Part shown: positions 1 to 10,979 of the stretch, piece after piece
Numbering within the stretch: position 1 is the stretch's first letter
How the letters are laid out: each line of letters opens with the position of its first letter
Assembly: GCA_004764695.1 (NCBI GenBank)
Contig: SMSO01000007.1
Coordinates: 806,001-870,000, forward strand
Length of the DNA: 64,000 nt
From: Schizochytrium sp. TIO01
Lineage: Eukaryota; Protista; Bigyra: Labyrinthulomycetes
Direction: 5' to 3'
Position numbers and translations under genes: made by a program
The notes under the pieces: generated by a model
What the model was told of the DNA's origin: nothing
The model's input: only the letters and a program-made list of their open reading frames with translations
Database searches by the model: none

Positions 1-624
1 TAACGTTAAATAGCCTACTGTAAAGGACCACTGCTACTGCAGGGTATCTACTGCTAGTGTATTTGGTAGGTGGGCAGTAGAGGCGGGAGTGGAGGGGAGG
101 CAGGCAGGGGTTTAAGGTGGATAGGAAGCACCTTAAAATGAAGGTGCTAACTTAGAGAGGAGGTGCTAATAAGCACCCCCTCTCTTCTCTAATTACGCAG
201 AGCTGTAAAGCTGACGTCCGAAACGAGATGAAATGCAGATATCAATTTAGTCGCGTGTTCGGGAAGTGCGTAGTAGACCTAGAAGATAAAGATGTACACA
301 GTGCGAGATACAGAGGTTGGGGTTTGGAAGAAATTATGTGGAGGTTTTGTTGTTGCGTGGTAAGTCAAAGAAAATTAGCAATCCAAGAGCGAAGAAATAA
401 TTTACGAGTGAGGAAATTGTCGCATAAGGACATCACGAAAAAGTTGCACAATCCTAGACTTCATCTAGTTGTGTACACGATGGTTTGCTGTGAGAGGAAT
501 GAGTGATATATCAAGCAAGAAATGTTTGGAAGAATTTATATTGCAACTTGTGAACCCCACGACGGTAACGTGAAATGGCGAACGGTGGTTGAACGGGGGT
601 AAAGGGTAGTATTGTATTTCTAAA

Positions 625-1800
625 TCAGTAACCGACCGACTTGTCGACCGGGGTTTCGAGGTCCTCACCCTTGAAGAAACGGTCAAAGTTCTTGCGGAAA
701 GTCTTCCAACCAAGCTCATGGTAGTCAGCGGTAAGGTCGGCATTATGCGCAGTAAGCAACAGACGGTCATCCGGGACATCCCAGAGCTCGCTAGTCTCAG
801 GGAGGGGCTCCGTTACGAAGACGTCGAGCGCAGCGTAGATGTGCTCTTCGCGGAGAACCTTGGCAAGCGCGGCCTCATCCACGGCGACTCCACGACCAAC
901 AGAGACAAAAACCGCCCCAGGACGCATAGCACGGAAGAACTCTTCATCACAGAAGTTGGTGGTGTGCGGGGTTCCAGGCAGACTGCACACGATGAAGTCA
1001 CAGTCCTTGGCAAGTTCAAGCTTGTCCGTGTAGATTTTTTCGTCGAGGTCAGAGTCCTTCTTGTCAGGGTTCCGGCGGAGCGCAGCAATGCGCATGTTGA
1101 AGCCGTGCTTCGCAGTGCGAGCAGTGTGTTTGGCAATGTCACCGTAGCCAACAAATCCGATGAGCTTATCACGAACGACAGGCATGATGAAGCGCTCGTA
1201 GTTCTTGTTCTTTTTGTTCTCTTGGCAGCGAGTGACCCGCTTGTTGTAGTGCAGGCACGCCATGAGAGCGTACTCTGCCAGAGGATAAGAAAAGGCTCCG
1301 CGGCCGTTGCTAACCTTGATATCGTCCCGCGAGGATGTGAGCGGGCCCTGAAGAAGCTTGGCCATGTGGTCCACACCTGCACTGTAGCTGTGGATCCACT
1401 TGATGTTCTCCAGCTTTTGGCCGGGCTCCAGCAGCTTGGCAAGCGTTGCAGAGTTCGACTGCGGCGCGAGAACCATAGCCTGGGCCTGGGAGACCTTATC
1501 GCCGTATCTTTGCAAGAGGTCCTCCCCGTCGTTGGCAATCAAGAACTCCACATCGGGACCAGCAGTCTCCTTGGCAGATGCAGTTTGATCTGCGACGGGG
1601 TGGCCTTCTTTGGTCAAGTACACCACCTTGACGGTCTCTCCGCTGTAGGTTGCCATTGTGCGGTTAACTTGAGAAAATTTTGAAGTAAGGTTACGGCACA
1701 CCTGCAAGCCGAGTCCAAAGTGGCGTTGGGTTGAGTGCAGTTGCACTGTGCTGCGAGAACCTCCGCGAGCAAGAGTTTGCGTTGCCGACCGCAGCAGCAT
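625..1800 (-). CDS. D-isomer-specific 2-hydroxyacid dehydrogenase (NAD(P)-binding), possible mitochondrial presequence
   Basis: Motifs WIHSYSAGVD, GFVGYGDIA (Rossmann), VGRG, ALDVFVTEPL and TAHNAD (catalytic Arg/Glu/His). First ATG at 1800; a second in-frame ATG at 1656. Confidence 0.92.
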   Translation of the reverse strand: MLLRSATQTLARGGSRSTVQLHSTQRHFGLGLQVCRNLTSKFSQVNRTMATYSGETVKVVYLTKEGHPVADQTASAKETAGPDVEFLIANDGEDLLQRYGDKVSQAQAMVLAPQSNSATLAKLLEPGQKLENIKWIHSYSAGVDHMAKLLQGPLTSSRDDIKVSNGRGAFSYPLAEYALMACLHYNKRVTRCQENKKNKNYERFIMPVVRDKLIGFVGYGDIAKHTARTAKHGFNMRIAALRRNPDKKDSDLDEKIYTDKLELAKDCDFIVCSLPGTPHTTNFCDEEFFRAMRPGAVFVSVGRGVAVDEAALAKVLREEHIYAALDVFVTEPLPETSELWDVPDDRLLLTAHNADLTADYHELGWKTFRKNFDRFFKGEDLETPVDKSVGY

Positions 1801-3812
1801 CCACGACAACACCACGCACGGTTCCGGGTCTGCTGAGCCCTGACTCAGAAGTGAACTGCCCAAGCAACGTTCCGCGACCTTGCGGCACAAAGTTTGTTCA
1901 GAGCTGGGCCTTGAGATACCAAGTGCTCTGCTACTGCGAAATAATTCGCAATCGCGGACTGCTACGACCTGCGCCCGAGATAATATATCATCTGCAGTGC
2001 ACTCGCTGTTATGTATAATAGTCCGTAGATACCAAGCTAAGTGCCTAGGTAGGTGTTATTATTCTTTAGTATCTATTCTATTCGGCAAATGATCTCTCTC
2101 TCTCTCTCTCGCACAAAAACAAATGGTAAGCAGCATCTGAAGTAAGCAGCATCTGCCAGACTGGTATTGACTGAATCTTTCAGCGAGTTCAATTCCGCCA
2201 CGGCAATGCTCCTGGGGCCTGGGAACATGCCTTGATCCGCCTTGAACGCTGGACTGAATGTTTGTTTCTCAAGATCTCAATTCATGATAGCGCACAGAGT
2301 GGATCAAATTGCGCAGATGTTAGCCGACCTTTGTATCCACATAAGCTCCCAATACAGGAACTCCGGGCCGCATGCGCTTGTTCTGTAATACGTGGCCGCC
2401 CCCAGCAGCCCTGCGTCTTCTCATCAGTCCGAACATCTTTTATTAAGCTCGCTCGCAACGATCGCGAGGTCACTCAGAAATGGAAATGCGACTCTGCTGT
2501 AGTTTTTGATTGGTCCACTGCCGTGGATGAATGCTGGATAGGCCGGAGTTCCTGAGTGAGGTGTGCGTGCGTACGTGCTTGTGTACGAGCGTTTTGGAGG
2601 CTGCTTCGGCCATGGACCCTTGAAGCGACCATAAGTTAGTTAGTTGGCTTGGTCGGTTAAGCTCACGAAGCTTGGAACTCAGAACCTCGACGTCGTCGCG
2701 CTGATGTTCAAGGTGGCGGCGAACGGGGACACACGGAAGCGAAGGCCTCGACTTCGCTCGTGGACACGGCAGCGCTCCAAAAGGCTCGTGTCGAGCGAAG
2801 CCCCGGAGTTTTCGCGCCAGCCTCGTCGGCATTTGCAAACGCCATTCATTCACTCACTCGCCTTCGTTATAAGTGCGCTGCACGTGCCGCCAAGCGTCTC
2901 GACATTGGCCAATCTCGGATAGGCCTTTCATCTTCAAAGCTGGGTGCTGCGCCGCTCTCGAGCTTGCTTGCTTGCTTGCTTGCTGGCTTGCTGGCTTGCG
3001 AGCGAGGTGCAGGCAGCTGCCGCGCCCTTCAGCTCGCAGCGCCGCTCCAGCAGCCGGTTGGCTGTCTACATCTTTCGTTCGTCTCCTGCGATACTGCGCG
3101 TAGTACTGTGGAGAACCACAGAAAGAAAGGAAAGAAAGGAAAGAAAGGAAAGGTCAAAAGGAGACCACCGCACAAGGTCTCGCGAGACCACTCTGAGCGC
3201 TCTCAAATCCGCGCTCCCAAATCCGCGCTCCACTCGACAAGACTCCACTCGACAAGACTCCACTCGACTTGAAGGTGGCTTGAAGAGGCGAAGAAGCTGG
3301 CCTCGGCTTGCGAGCGCACGCCCAGGCACGTTTCCCGAGCGCAAGCGTCCTCGACCTCAGGTGGTTGCCTGAGCTTGGGCTCAACGGAGAGCTTGGCTTA
3401 CAGGGCAGCAATCGGCCAACTTGCGAAGAAGCCGCCGCGAGGATGCAATCCCGAGGCCGCCAGGACCTCCGCGAAGACGAAGACGACGACGACGACGACG
3501 CCGTGCTGGTGCTGGTGCTGGTGCTGGTTGCCTGCCGCGAGCACTGCGGCGGCGCGAGGCTTTGCGATGCTTCGAAGCTGATCAAACGGCGGTGCGCATC
3601 CACGAATGAATGCACCATTTGCATGCACCACTTCAAATAAATGCACCGTTTGCATGCGCCATTTCAAGCAAATGCATGCGCCATTTGCGATGCATACGCC
3701 ATTCGCCGCCAAGCCCTCCTGCACTCACGCACTCGGCACTCGCTCCTGCGCTCCGCAGCACCCTAAGAGCTCGACCAAGACCACCTGCGACTCCACCTCC
3801 GTCTCGCGTGGA

Positions 3813-4030
3813 CCAAGCAAGCAACCAAGCAACCAAGCAACCAAGCAACCAAGCAACCAAGCTCTTCGAGGCGGTGTTCGCAGACCCTGAAGGCACTCAC
3901 TCACTCATCCACGCACGCGCTGAGGCGCCTAAACTCCACACATACATACATACACACATACATACATACACACATACATACATACATATAAATACATACA
4001 TATACATACATACATACATACATATACATA
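3813..4030. repeat. Microsatellite cluster: (CCAAGCAA)n and (TACA/CATA)n
   Basis: Direct reading of tandem units at 3813-3862 and about 3937-4030. Confidence 0.9.
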
Positions 4031-4437
4031 TCAGGCCATCGAATCAATCCTAAGCCACTCAGCCAGTCGTCAGTCCATCCGTCAACTGCAGTGTCACGCT
4101 CGGGCCATTCCGCCTCCAAACGAACCGCCTTTCTTGACGACCTCAACCTCAACCTCAACCTCAACCTCAACTCCAACTCCAGTTCAACTCCACTCAAGTT
4201 CGATGGGAATGGCGTTCTTCTGCTCTGTAATTGCCTCTCGAATTCCCTGTAATCCCGCCCTCCAGAGCGCGCCCCGGCCCTACCCTTTCGCCTGACCGCA
4301 CTGCTAGCGCCCAAAGGAAGGAATGAGGCCTCAGTCAGTCAGTCAGTCCGCTCCAAAGAGCGACCGGACAGCGTCTCTTTGTCCCCCTCTCACAGGAAAG
4401 CGGAAGAGGGAAAAAAAGAGAGGAAAAGGAAGAAAGA

Positions 4438-4487
4438 AAGAGAGAAAGAGAAAGAGAAAGAGAAAGAGAAAGAGAAAGAGAAAGAGA
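4438..4487. repeat. (AAGAGA)n microsatellite
   Basis: Tandem hexamer visible in the sequence. Confidence 0.9.
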
Positions 4488-5632
4488 GGAAGAAAGCTTC
4501 TAGGGTCGGCTTTGAGCAAAGGGCGCTTTAAAGCAGGGCGGGGCGGATTGAAGGTGATCAAGGCACTGGAGGATTGGGGTAGAAGGCGGCGGATTGGAGT
4601 GGCTGACCAGCTTATTAGCGAGTGGGCGATAAGACCTACCGCTGATTTGGAGACTTGCTACTGTTATTTTTATTTTTATTTATCTGTGATATTTAGCTTC
4701 TTTCTAACTACTTTTTTTTTCTTTTTTCTTTTTTAAATAATAAATTAATAATAAAGTAAAAATTGAAAATTGAAGACGAATTGTTGAAAAAATCGTAATC
4801 CAACGAACGACTTTGAACGAAGTCGGCGACGTTGTTGAAGTTGAGGAGAAGCGATTGAAGCTCGAGAGAACGAAAGCCTGTCAATCTCTGCGGGCTCAGG
4901 TGTTCTGGGCAGAGCGCTGACGCGAAGGCTGGGCGCGAGGAGCGGGTGATCGCTTGATTGATTGCCTGCTTGCTCTCCAAGTCGGTTGAGGAGGGTAGAG
5001 TTCTTTCTGCGTAGCTCTCGTAGTTCTTAGAGTTCTTGGAGTTCTTGAACCTCGTCAGGGGTGGGTCCGACGAGCCCGCAAGCAAACCTGGAACTGAGAC
5101 CGTCGTCAAGATCTCAGAGCAGAAAGTCGCACCGCCAGCGTGAAGAAGGCCGACGACTCGAGCGTACGTGGAGAGAACCTGGAGAGGCGCGAGGAGGAGG
5201 ACCTGAGGACCTGCTGCCTAACTAGGATGGATGGATACATGGATGCATGGATGTGAGATGATGTGATCTATCTCATTGTTTGGGAAACCGCTCGCCGTGT
5301 GGCTGGCTGGCTCCCTGAGTGGGTGGGTGGGACCTTGGCGGGTTTGCAGAACCGCAGGAAGAGGATGAAATTAAACGTCAGGGATGTTGAAACGGAGCGA
5401 AGCTAGGGCTGTGGCTGTGCCTGGAAAGATGCCTTTGGCAGATCGGATGGAGACGTGGCGATTGGAGAGGAAGGGATTTGGGGAGGAGGAAACGGGTGCG
5501 GGCGGTGTTGTGAATGCCTGAATGCCTGCGGGCAGGGTAGTTTGACTGATGACTGACGTGTGCCTCTCGATGGCGTGATTGACTGCCTACCGTACATGCC
5601 ATACATAACTTATATAGGTTGATAACTGCAAA

Positions 5633-7219
5633 ATGACGGAGATTATTTCTCGAGCTGAAGTGAAGCGCCACAACAAGGAGGATGATGCCTGGATCATTGT
5701 CAATGACTGCGTGTACGATATTACCCGCTTCGCTATGATGCACCCGGGTGGTGAGCAAGTCCTGCTTCAGTATGCTGGTGAGGACGCTACCGAAGACTTT
5801 TACGGACTTCACAAGCAGAGCGTCCTGGACCAGTTTGGTCCCAAGTTGCTCAAGGGCAAACTCCCGGAGTCGGAGTCCACGATCCACACTGGCTCCGTTT
5901 CTGAGGATGGCATCACCGCATGGGGCAAGATCTCAAAGGTTCCCTACGCAGAAACCTCCTTCTGGCGTGGCTGGAAGTCTCCTTTTTACAATGAATCCCA
6001 CCGTCGCTTCCGCCAGTATGTGCGCGAGTTCTACGACCGTGAGGTTCGTGAGATTGCCATTGCCAGCGAGAATGACAACAAGCCCCCTACTCTTGAGCTC
6101 ATGCAGAAGATCTCCAAGGCTGGTCTTTTGCACACTCGCCTCGGACCCGGTGAGCACCTCAAGCTCCTCCCGATGCCGTGCGATATCAAGCCGGAGGAGT
6201 TTGACTACTTTCACTCCATGATTCTTCATGAGGAGGGCTCTCGCCTTATGTGCCCTGGATTCCTTGACGGAATCTACTCTGGCTTCACCATTGGCCTTCC
6301 TTGCCTCGTTCACTTTGGTAACGAAAAGATGCGCAAGACCATCGTTCCCGAGATCCTTGCTGGCCGTGCTCGCACTTGCCTGGCCATCACTGAGGCATTT
6401 GCTGGATCTGATGTTTCTGGTCTCCGCACCACCGCCACCAAGTCAGCTGATGGCTCTCACTACATTGTCAACGGCACCAAAAAGTGGATCACCAATGGTA
6501 CTTTCGCTGACACCGCTGTCACAGCTGTGCGCACAGGCGGCGCCGGCGCGGGTGGTGTTTCAATGCTCCTCATTGACCTCAAGGCTGAGGGTGTAAGCAC
6601 GAAAATTATCAAGACCGCGTACAGCCACTCTGCCGGAACTGCCTACATTATGTTTGAGAACGTCAAGGTACCGGTAGAGAACCTTATGGGCCAGGAGAAC
6701 CGCGGATTTGCCCTGGTCATGGCGAACTTCAACATGGAGCGTCTCCATATCGTCGAGGGTGTGCTTCCTTCTGCGCGCCTCGTGGCAGAGGAGTGCTTCA
6801 AGTGGGCCAACCAGCGCAAGGTCTTTGGCAAGGCACTTATTCAGCAGCCCGTTATTCGCGAGAAGATTGGCCGCATGTTTTCTAATATTGAGGCCTGCAA
6901 TGCATGGCTCGAGCTTGTTGTGTACCAGATTCAAAACATGAACTTTGAGGAGCAGAACAAGAACCTTGGTGGTACAATTGGTATGCTCAAGTATCAGACT
7001 ACCACTGTGGCTCTTGATGTCGCTCGTGACGCTGTGGAGATCTTCGGTGGTCGTGGTCTTACGCAGACTGGCATGGGACGTATCATCACCTCCTTCTACC
7101 GCACCGCGATCATTCCGCACATTTACGGTGGTGCCGCGGATGTCTTGCTCGACCTCGGTGTCCGCCAGGCTATCAAGGGTTTTACCCCCCATGCTGAGGA
7201 GCCTGAGAGCCGCCTTTAA
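5633..7219 (+). CDS. Cytochrome b5 domain-acyl-CoA dehydrogenase fusion with C-terminal PTS1 (SRL)
   Basis: N-terminal b5 motifs (HNKEDDAWII, VYDIT, HPGG, DATEDFYGLH). ACAD motifs CLAITEAFAGSD, VNGTKKWITNG, FENVKVP, RKVFGKALIQQP, FGGRG. The protein ends in SRL. Confidence 0.95.
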   Translation: MTEIISRAEVKRHNKEDDAWIIVNDCVYDITRFAMMHPGGEQVLLQYAGEDATEDFYGLHKQSVLDQFGPKLLKGKLPESESTIHTGSVSEDGITAWGKISKVPYAETSFWRGWKSPFYNESHRRFRQYVREFYDREVREIAIASENDNKPPTLELMQKISKAGLLHTRLGPGEHLKLLPMPCDIKPEEFDYFHSMILHEEGSRLMCPGFLDGIYSGFTIGLPCLVHFGNEKMRKTIVPEILAGRARTCLAITEAFAGSDVSGLRTTATKSADGSHYIVNGTKKWITNGTFADTAVTAVRTGGAGAGGVSMLLIDLKAEGVSTKIIKTAYSHSAGTAYIMFENVKVPVENLMGQENRGFALVMANFNMERLHIVEGVLPSARLVAEECFKWANQRKVFGKALIQQPVIREKIGRMFSNIEACNAWLELVVYQIQNMNFEEQNKNLGGTIGMLKYQTTTVALDVARDAVEIFGGRGLTQTGMGRIITSFYRTAIIPHIYGGAADVLLDLGVRQAIKGFTPHAEEPESRL

Positions 7220-8599
7220 TTTTGCAAAATCTGCGTATCCACCACTATTGTTTTGTCGAGAACCACACCTAAAGGGCGCGACCTGGTGTTACGATAAAGA
7301 GTCCTGTTGTACGAGATTAGGGGCGGAATTTTTTATTCGAGTAATTTGTTGAGACTCGTAAGTCAGCAGTAGCTGTCTTTACGTGTTTCTTGATTTTAGT
7401 CAAGTCTACAAAATGTTTAACCAAAATCGAACATTCTTCTTTTGAATCTTCTCTTTTAACCCAAGTCGTAGCGTCTGTATGCTTGAGAGGCATTTGCTGA
7501 AAATATTCAAAGTCTTAAATTTACTTCTAAATGGTGATCATGTCTTCAAATCAAGAAACATCACACAGCCAGAATCCAGCTACTTGGAACTCCCCCTCTC
7601 CCCCAATAAAATCATTGTGTTTTGCTTATTTTTGCACGCACGAAGAAATAATGTTTCCTGTCTTAAGCCTAGATAACAACCACAACAGAATGATGGGCTG
7701 TCAGGATTGTGTCTCCTCCTTTGCTTCTGTCTCCTTACTTTAAACACCGTCAACATAGCTATGTAGTCTTTCTCCTTAACTTCTAGCGCTCTATGGTGGT
7801 TGGGGAGCGGCCCAGGGTGCGAGTGGCGACCTCGGAGATGATGATCTTGTGATGCCCCGGCTGTGCATCAAGAGTCGCACTCGGCTCAGCGCATTGCTGG
7901 GGGACTTGCTTTGTGGGATTTCCACCGTTTCACCGAAGAATAGCTCCTCAAAGAGAACCCATCACGCTTTGTTGAAAGTCTATGTTTCGAATATGACCAC
8001 GCCCAGATCCATCGCCTTTAAATTTACTGATCATTGTGCAACTCATCAGGTAGATGATCTTTGAGACTCTTCTTCTCACGTATCCTTGCTAATTCTTCTC
8101 TCACTCACCTTTCGAAGTTCTTCCAAAAGGTTCTCATTAAGACTCAACTTTTCACAGCTTGAATCTTCGTTGTTCTTGAAAACTACAAATCGTATTCCTT
8201 AATTTCAAAGAAAGTCCCTGATCGAATATTATACTCTATTTCTGGTGTTGAGCTCGCCTGATTTCAAGATCTCTAAGAAGTGAGTTGAGCTCGTGTCTTC
8301 CTGACGTAGCTTGGGTCCACAACCACTTCAGCGGCCTTCATTTTACTATAGGTCACGTGTGACCGTCTTGGCGTAATGCTCTGATCTATGTATATATATA
8401 TATATGTAGCGCACACCTTCGTGTAAAAGGATTTTAGGTCCGCGCTGATGAGCGCCTCTTGGACTCTGATGTACCGCTTCATGAACGTGGATGCATTTCA
8501 GAAGCGAGACTTTGCTCGGCGAACCAAAGAACCTAGTAGTCCGGGCTCGGACAAACTGCTTAGCACGGTGGAGTGTCGGCGAACGGAGTCTGACGTACG

Positions 8600-10324
8600 A
8601 TGTCAGATTCAGCGAAAGGCTCTGGGAGCATGGTGATCCTCACAAAACGAGGTAAAGCAGACAAACCAGAGACTCAGAAGCCTGTGCCTCCACCTCCGCG
8701 AGACCTACTAAAGTCTAAGGCCAATGGTCGCGGTAGTATGCAGCGGCTCGGGGTTCCTAACTTGTACCGGATGCCAAGTCGGATGAAATCGATGAGGAGG
8801 TCTGGGTCGTCCATTAGTCGACGCGAGAGCGATCTGTCTGTCATTTCTGTAGAGAACCGGCGCCGCGAGCTTGATCAAATTGCCACTGCAACAGGCATAG
8901 ATAATGATCTAAATAACCTTGGAAACGAAGCGCTCGATCAAAAAACTCTCGAGACTCTAAGGAAAAACTACGTACGTAGATTGAGCCTCGAGATCCTTGC
9001 TTCCACAGACGCATCTACAAGGACTGAAATGCAATGCGATATACTCCTTGAACTTTTACAGGATGACACGTTTTTCTCGGATTTGAGTGAAAGTGTAAGA
9101 CGTGAACTATGCCACGTTATGGGCTACAAGTGCTTAGACCCTGAACAACCAGTATTTCGCAAAGGTGATGAAGGAGATAATTTTTATATCATTTTAACCG
9201 GCTGTGTGGCTGTGTACACTAATCTTACAGGTGAGGGAATGCCTTTGGCAGAACTTCGCGAAGGGCAAAGTTTTGGTGAAGTGGCGTTAGCCAACGATGC
9301 TCCACGGAGTGCAACTATCATAACAAGAGACCCGAGCGAGCTTCTTTTTATTTCCAAAAATGACTACCGTGCTATTTTGCGAAAGCTTCAGGCACACGAA
9401 TACAGCGAAAAGGCAAATTGTTTTAAAACATTGCCACACTTCAGACGTTTGGATAAATATTCTTTGATGGGTCTCATCAAAGCGTGCAAAATTGTCAAAA
9501 TTGCACCAAACACAGTTGTATGTAAACAAGGTGAAGAGGTGTCGCATATTTACATTGTTATGAAAGGAAGGTGTCGCTTGATTAAGAGGATCAATGTACC
9601 ACGCATTAAAACGCATGTGGGGGAATCTATGACAGCGGATTGGCTTGCTGACAAAGCTGAGTGCTTTATCGAAGCTGAGCAGCTTGAAGAAGGGAGCTTC
9701 TTTGGTGAAAGTGGTATACTAGTTCTTGAAAAAGGTGAAGCACAGCTGCTCCCAGAATCTGGCCAAAGGGAGTCTATTATAAGCCCAGGTAACCAGTCCG
9801 ACCTAGATAGTATCTCAGAAAACATGAATAGCAGAAAAAACAATAGTACGAGTTCACGAGGTAGTCAGAATCATCGATCATCAACAAGGTCTTCGCGTCT
9901 CTTGCAAATTCAGACCGATGGAGAGCATAACGCTGCTTTAGCAGCTGCAAATGTAGCCAATGGGGCAAAGCGTCCAAGGAGACCAAGTCAGATCTTGAAG
10001 GCTGCTGCTCCTGAGTTTTACCCAGCCAGTCTTGTAACAGATCGTGAGACAAAATTTCTCGTGGTTCGATTAGTTGACTTTTTGAGATGTGCGCATAAGA
10101 ACACTGGAACGGAGACAAATAAAGATGAACTCTTGCAGTTTGCCTCGTATCGAGCTCTTACACTGCATCCACGAACAATTCGTGCCAAATTGATCAATCA
10201 GATCAATTGGGAACGCAAGAAACGTCTTGTACTTCTGGAAGCGAAAATTCCAAAATATGTTGCTGCAATGCAGCGAGCTTCTCTCTACTCACCTGTGCAG
10301 CACGAAACGCCCTTCCGCTGCTAA
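8600..10324 (+). CDS. Cyclic nucleotide-binding domain protein (two cNMP domains, the second interrupted by a Ser-rich insert)
   Basis: VFRKGDEGDNFYIILTG...GQSFGEVAL...PRSATI (canonical phosphate-binding cassette). Second domain VCKQGEEVSHIYIVMKG...GSFFGESG. Confidence 0.88.
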   Translation: MSDSAKGSGSMVILTKRGKADKPETQKPVPPPPRDLLKSKANGRGSMQRLGVPNLYRMPSRMKSMRRSGSSISRRESDLSVISVENRRRELDQIATATGIDNDLNNLGNEALDQKTLETLRKNYVRRLSLEILASTDASTRTEMQCDILLELLQDDTFFSDLSESVRRELCHVMGYKCLDPEQPVFRKGDEGDNFYIILTGCVAVYTNLTGEGMPLAELREGQSFGEVALANDAPRSATIITRDPSELLFISKNDYRAILRKLQAHEYSEKANCFKTLPHFRRLDKYSLMGLIKACKIVKIAPNTVVCKQGEEVSHIYIVMKGRCRLIKRINVPRIKTHVGESMTADWLADKAECFIEAEQLEEGSFFGESGILVLEKGEAQLLPESGQRESIISPGNQSDLDSISENMNSRKNNSTSSRGSQNHRSSTRSSRLLQIQTDGEHNAALAAANVANGAKRPRRPSQILKAAAPEFYPASLVTDRETKFLVVRLVDFLRCAHKNTGTETNKDELLQFASYRALTLHPRTIRAKLINQINWERKKRLVLLEAKIPKYVAAMQRASLYSPVQHETPFRC

Positions 10325-10979
10325 TAGACACTCAAGCGAAGGGTGTCTCCATTTTATTTTATTTTATTAAAGGGTCGATTTACCTCTTTTTCATCGTTTT
10401 GTGCGCGCTCTCAAATTCACAATAGTACCTACTATACTACTAGCATCCTGATTACTCAAACCCCAATTTTAATTCTTGTCTAAAATTCAATATTTTCTTT
10501 TGGTCTACCTAACACATTTCTAATCATACTACACAAATATTGCGCAAAACCAAGTAAGGTACTAACTTACAATGGTTTCCCCGGGAGTATGAGCTTGTAC
10601 TACTCAAGGGCTACTGAAGTTTCAACTTCCCCAGGTACTGTTTCCATGAAGTTGCAAAACTTGAGAGCGTGCGCACTCTCTCCCTATCGTTCTCGAAACA
10701 TACCTATTATTTTACCTTACAAACCTGAGAGCAAACTCTGTCAACCCCTTGAGCAACAAAACAAGCAACCTCAATCGAGAGCTCCTGTTCTCTGCCGTCA
10801 GTACATCTATCCTGCTCCACCCTGTGACCAGACCAGCTAATTCTCAAGAAGCACGCCACGGGAAGCAAACTTTCCGTTTGCTCGTTTTCAGACGTGCAAA
10901 AAGAAAAGAAAAGAAAAGCAAAAGACAAAGACAAAGACAAACTCTACAACTCCGGCGGCTAAGGTCGGCCCGTGCGGGC

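Noticed and set aside
718-1683. 321-aa + strand ORF
   Set aside because: Antisense shadow of the codon-biased dehydrogenase gene; no motifs.
2760-5109. Many overlapping 70-170 aa ORFs
   Set aside because: Translations of microsatellites and GC-rich low-complexity DNA.
6560-7192. 210-aa minus-strand ORF
   Set aside because: Antisense shadow of the acyl-CoA dehydrogenase.
7790-8341. Possible minus-strand pseudogene starting MKAAEVVVDPSY
   Set aside because: Multiple stops and no recognisable family; cannot support.
10749-10979. N-terminal extension of the Wss1 ORF
   Set aside because: Non-ATG start and includes an (AAAGAC)n repeat; likely 5' UTR.
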